64,000 nucleotides of DNA from Azolla caroliniana (taxonomy: Eukaryota; Plantae; Polypodiophyta): the NCBI GenBank assembly GCA_043228905.1, contig JBHGNT010000005.1:18538001-18602000 (forward strand). Direction: 5' to 3'. Position 1 is the first letter of the stretch. Every line of letters begins with the position of its first letter. The notes under the pieces are model-generated. The model was not told where the DNA came from. It worked only from the letters and a program-made list of their open reading frames with translations, and ran no database searches. Of the stretch, positions 61,925 to 64,000 are shown piece by piece. Made by a program: the position numbers and the translations under genes.

Positions 61925-62859
61925 GTTAGGCTCCCTAGTGTGGAGAACTCAAAACTTGAGTTAGGTTCACGATAAATGAAGTCTTAATATTAGACCCTTA
62001 ACCATGGCATGATGCTTTGATGAGTACACAGAGACCTCAAGATTGGACACAAGGAAACTATAATGGAACTCTCACATATAATTGACCATGAGTAGAAACA
62101 TGTGTAACGACACCCTTAGAAGCCAATGATGTTAGTCTCACATTCCTCGATGAGAGTAAAACTTTTGCATGGCTAATGGGTCGATATGACACCCCAAGGG
62201 CATGATAATTGATCAATGCTTCACAATATACCATGTTGAGTATCCCCTTACATTTGTAATGCTAGATTGGTCAACCAAGTGGTGGATGATCGCCTATTAG
62301 GACAACCTTTCTTTTGCATTAGCCGACTTGTGATAGACTTCAAGAATGATATCCTTTATGTGAGACGAGAGGAGAAGACTCCACATGTGATGGAATTTGG
62401 GAAATGAGCTATGATTCCATCATGACGTGGGTGTATATTTTGCAAACGTAGATAGAATGCACCCAATTAGAAGCCAATATTGTGATGAGGATTATTGAAT
62501 CCTTGATTGCTTTATGGCAGCCATGTCTTGTGTCAAATGTGAATCTTTAGATGATGGTACATCAAAACCAACATTGGGATATTAGTGTCACCATTGTCTT
62601 GTATGAGCATTGGTTATGTCTAAGTTCACCACCTTTAGTAGAATGCAAAGATTAGTTCTTTGGCCTTGATGCGACCATTATATATTGTATATGGTTGCTT
62701 GTTTATATTATGACTATTCACACTAGTACGGTTTATGTTGAAGCTCTAATCATGCATGCATGGACCTTTTTAGAGATCATGTAGCCTCAGAGAATATTTC
62801 TATGAATCAAGCTAGGGCAAAACATAGTGAAACACTCAATTAAAATATTTATAACCATG

Positions 62860-63260
62860 AATGATCTTCAACCAAGACTCTTAGTCAGGGTCTTAACCTT
62901 AGGCCTAACATTGTAATGGGGCATAAAGGTAATATCTAGAAATCTTTACCTCTTAAGTGTGGAAGGGAAGTACAAGTAGTATTGTTAAGGAGGAATTATA
63001 ATGGTGAAAGGAACATAATGTAATATTCCTACACAAACCTTGTCAAAATCGTGTATTATCAAAGAGAATTGGCATGAATCAAATAAATGTATCACGAAGT
63101 TGAATGCTCAATTAGTATACTTCCAACCATAACTTGTCTTTAGCCATAACCCTTGGTCCGGGCCATAATCTTGGGCCTAACATTGTAATTGGTATAAAAG
63201 GGATATCTCTAAACCTTTAGACCCTCTTAAGTGTGGATGGGACATGGATGTAGTATGGTT
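62860..63260. repeat. Diverged direct repeat, ~270 bp spacing
   Basis: GGCCTAACATTGTAAT...CCTCTTAAGTGTGGA occurs at ~62902-62964 and ~63174-63237. Confidence 0.6.
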
Positions 63261-64000
63261 AAATAAGAACAAAGCATAAAGGTAAAATGGGTTCTCTAGA
63301 GCTAAAACTTAAAATAACGGTTGTATTACCACATGTGAACTACGGTTCGCACTACTTTTCATACATGTATAAAGGTTGGCTGATACAAAAACAAAATAAC
63401 TAGGTACGTTTTAATCTCTTGGCATTGTGTTAATCTCTCATCAAGATTGTTTCTAAGCATTATAAGACTTAATGAGACCTTTAAAGGTTTAGTTTCATGT
63501 TCAGTTGACCAACAAGTTGAGTGTTAATTCTTACCACTAACAAAATCCTTAAAAAATCACCTTTAAAGTTTCAAACTGAAGATGCCATTTTCCCGATGTA
63601 GGATTAGAAAAAAACATCCAAATATCAAGTTTATCTATTGGTTAATACTTTTCACAAAGATTAGATAGTGCAATAGCTTTTGGTACGTTTATTGAATAGC
63701 ATATTAGCATCGGTTGAATTTATTGTTTTTTATCACTGGTTGGCTCTCTAATAGCACGACACAAAATCTATGGTAGATTGATGACCCTTACTATGTGCGC
63801 GGTATCTTACACTCACCGACTATATATTCTTAGAGGTTACATAGACTAGACGGTCATTTGATGATATTCGACATTCAACCTACACGAATGGATATGTCTA
63901 AGCATCTTTATAAAGCTTGGGCTCTTCCAAAAAGGTCCCCCTACTTGTTTCATTCTTGCTAAGGATTGCTTGGTGCCAAAAGGCTGATAATCTTGGGTAT

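Overview
This gene-free 64 kb window is a deeply nested transposon cluster from a eukaryote. It is most likely a non-seed land plant (inferred from tRNA-iMet-primed Ty1/Copia elements, RTEX-like LINEs, a Tcn1-like and two non-chromovirus Ty3/Gypsy elements, and heavy C>T decay). I found no host genes. Contents: at least four Copia lineages, including a very young full-length copy (16177-21469, TSD CTTAC) and an older full-length relative (48601-53951, TSD ACTTC); two TSD-flanked solo LTRs; a two-LTR Gypsy (32343-39832) with a tRNA-Trp PBS, an FLDD RT motif, protease in ORF1 and a G-GAT-TTT-TAG -1 frameshift site, whose unmatched flanks suggest a recombinant; three LINE copies from two subfamilies sharing a 3' stem-loop and (CTTT)n tail; a tRNA-derived SINE-like element split by the young Copia; and hAT MITEs. 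The least explained object is a 444 bp foldback element (61481-61924) with ~185 bp inverted arms, TG...CA ends, a 5 bp TSD and convergent TATA boxes, with a second partial copy at 54065. All coordinates were read by hand and lineage names are not backed by database searches.
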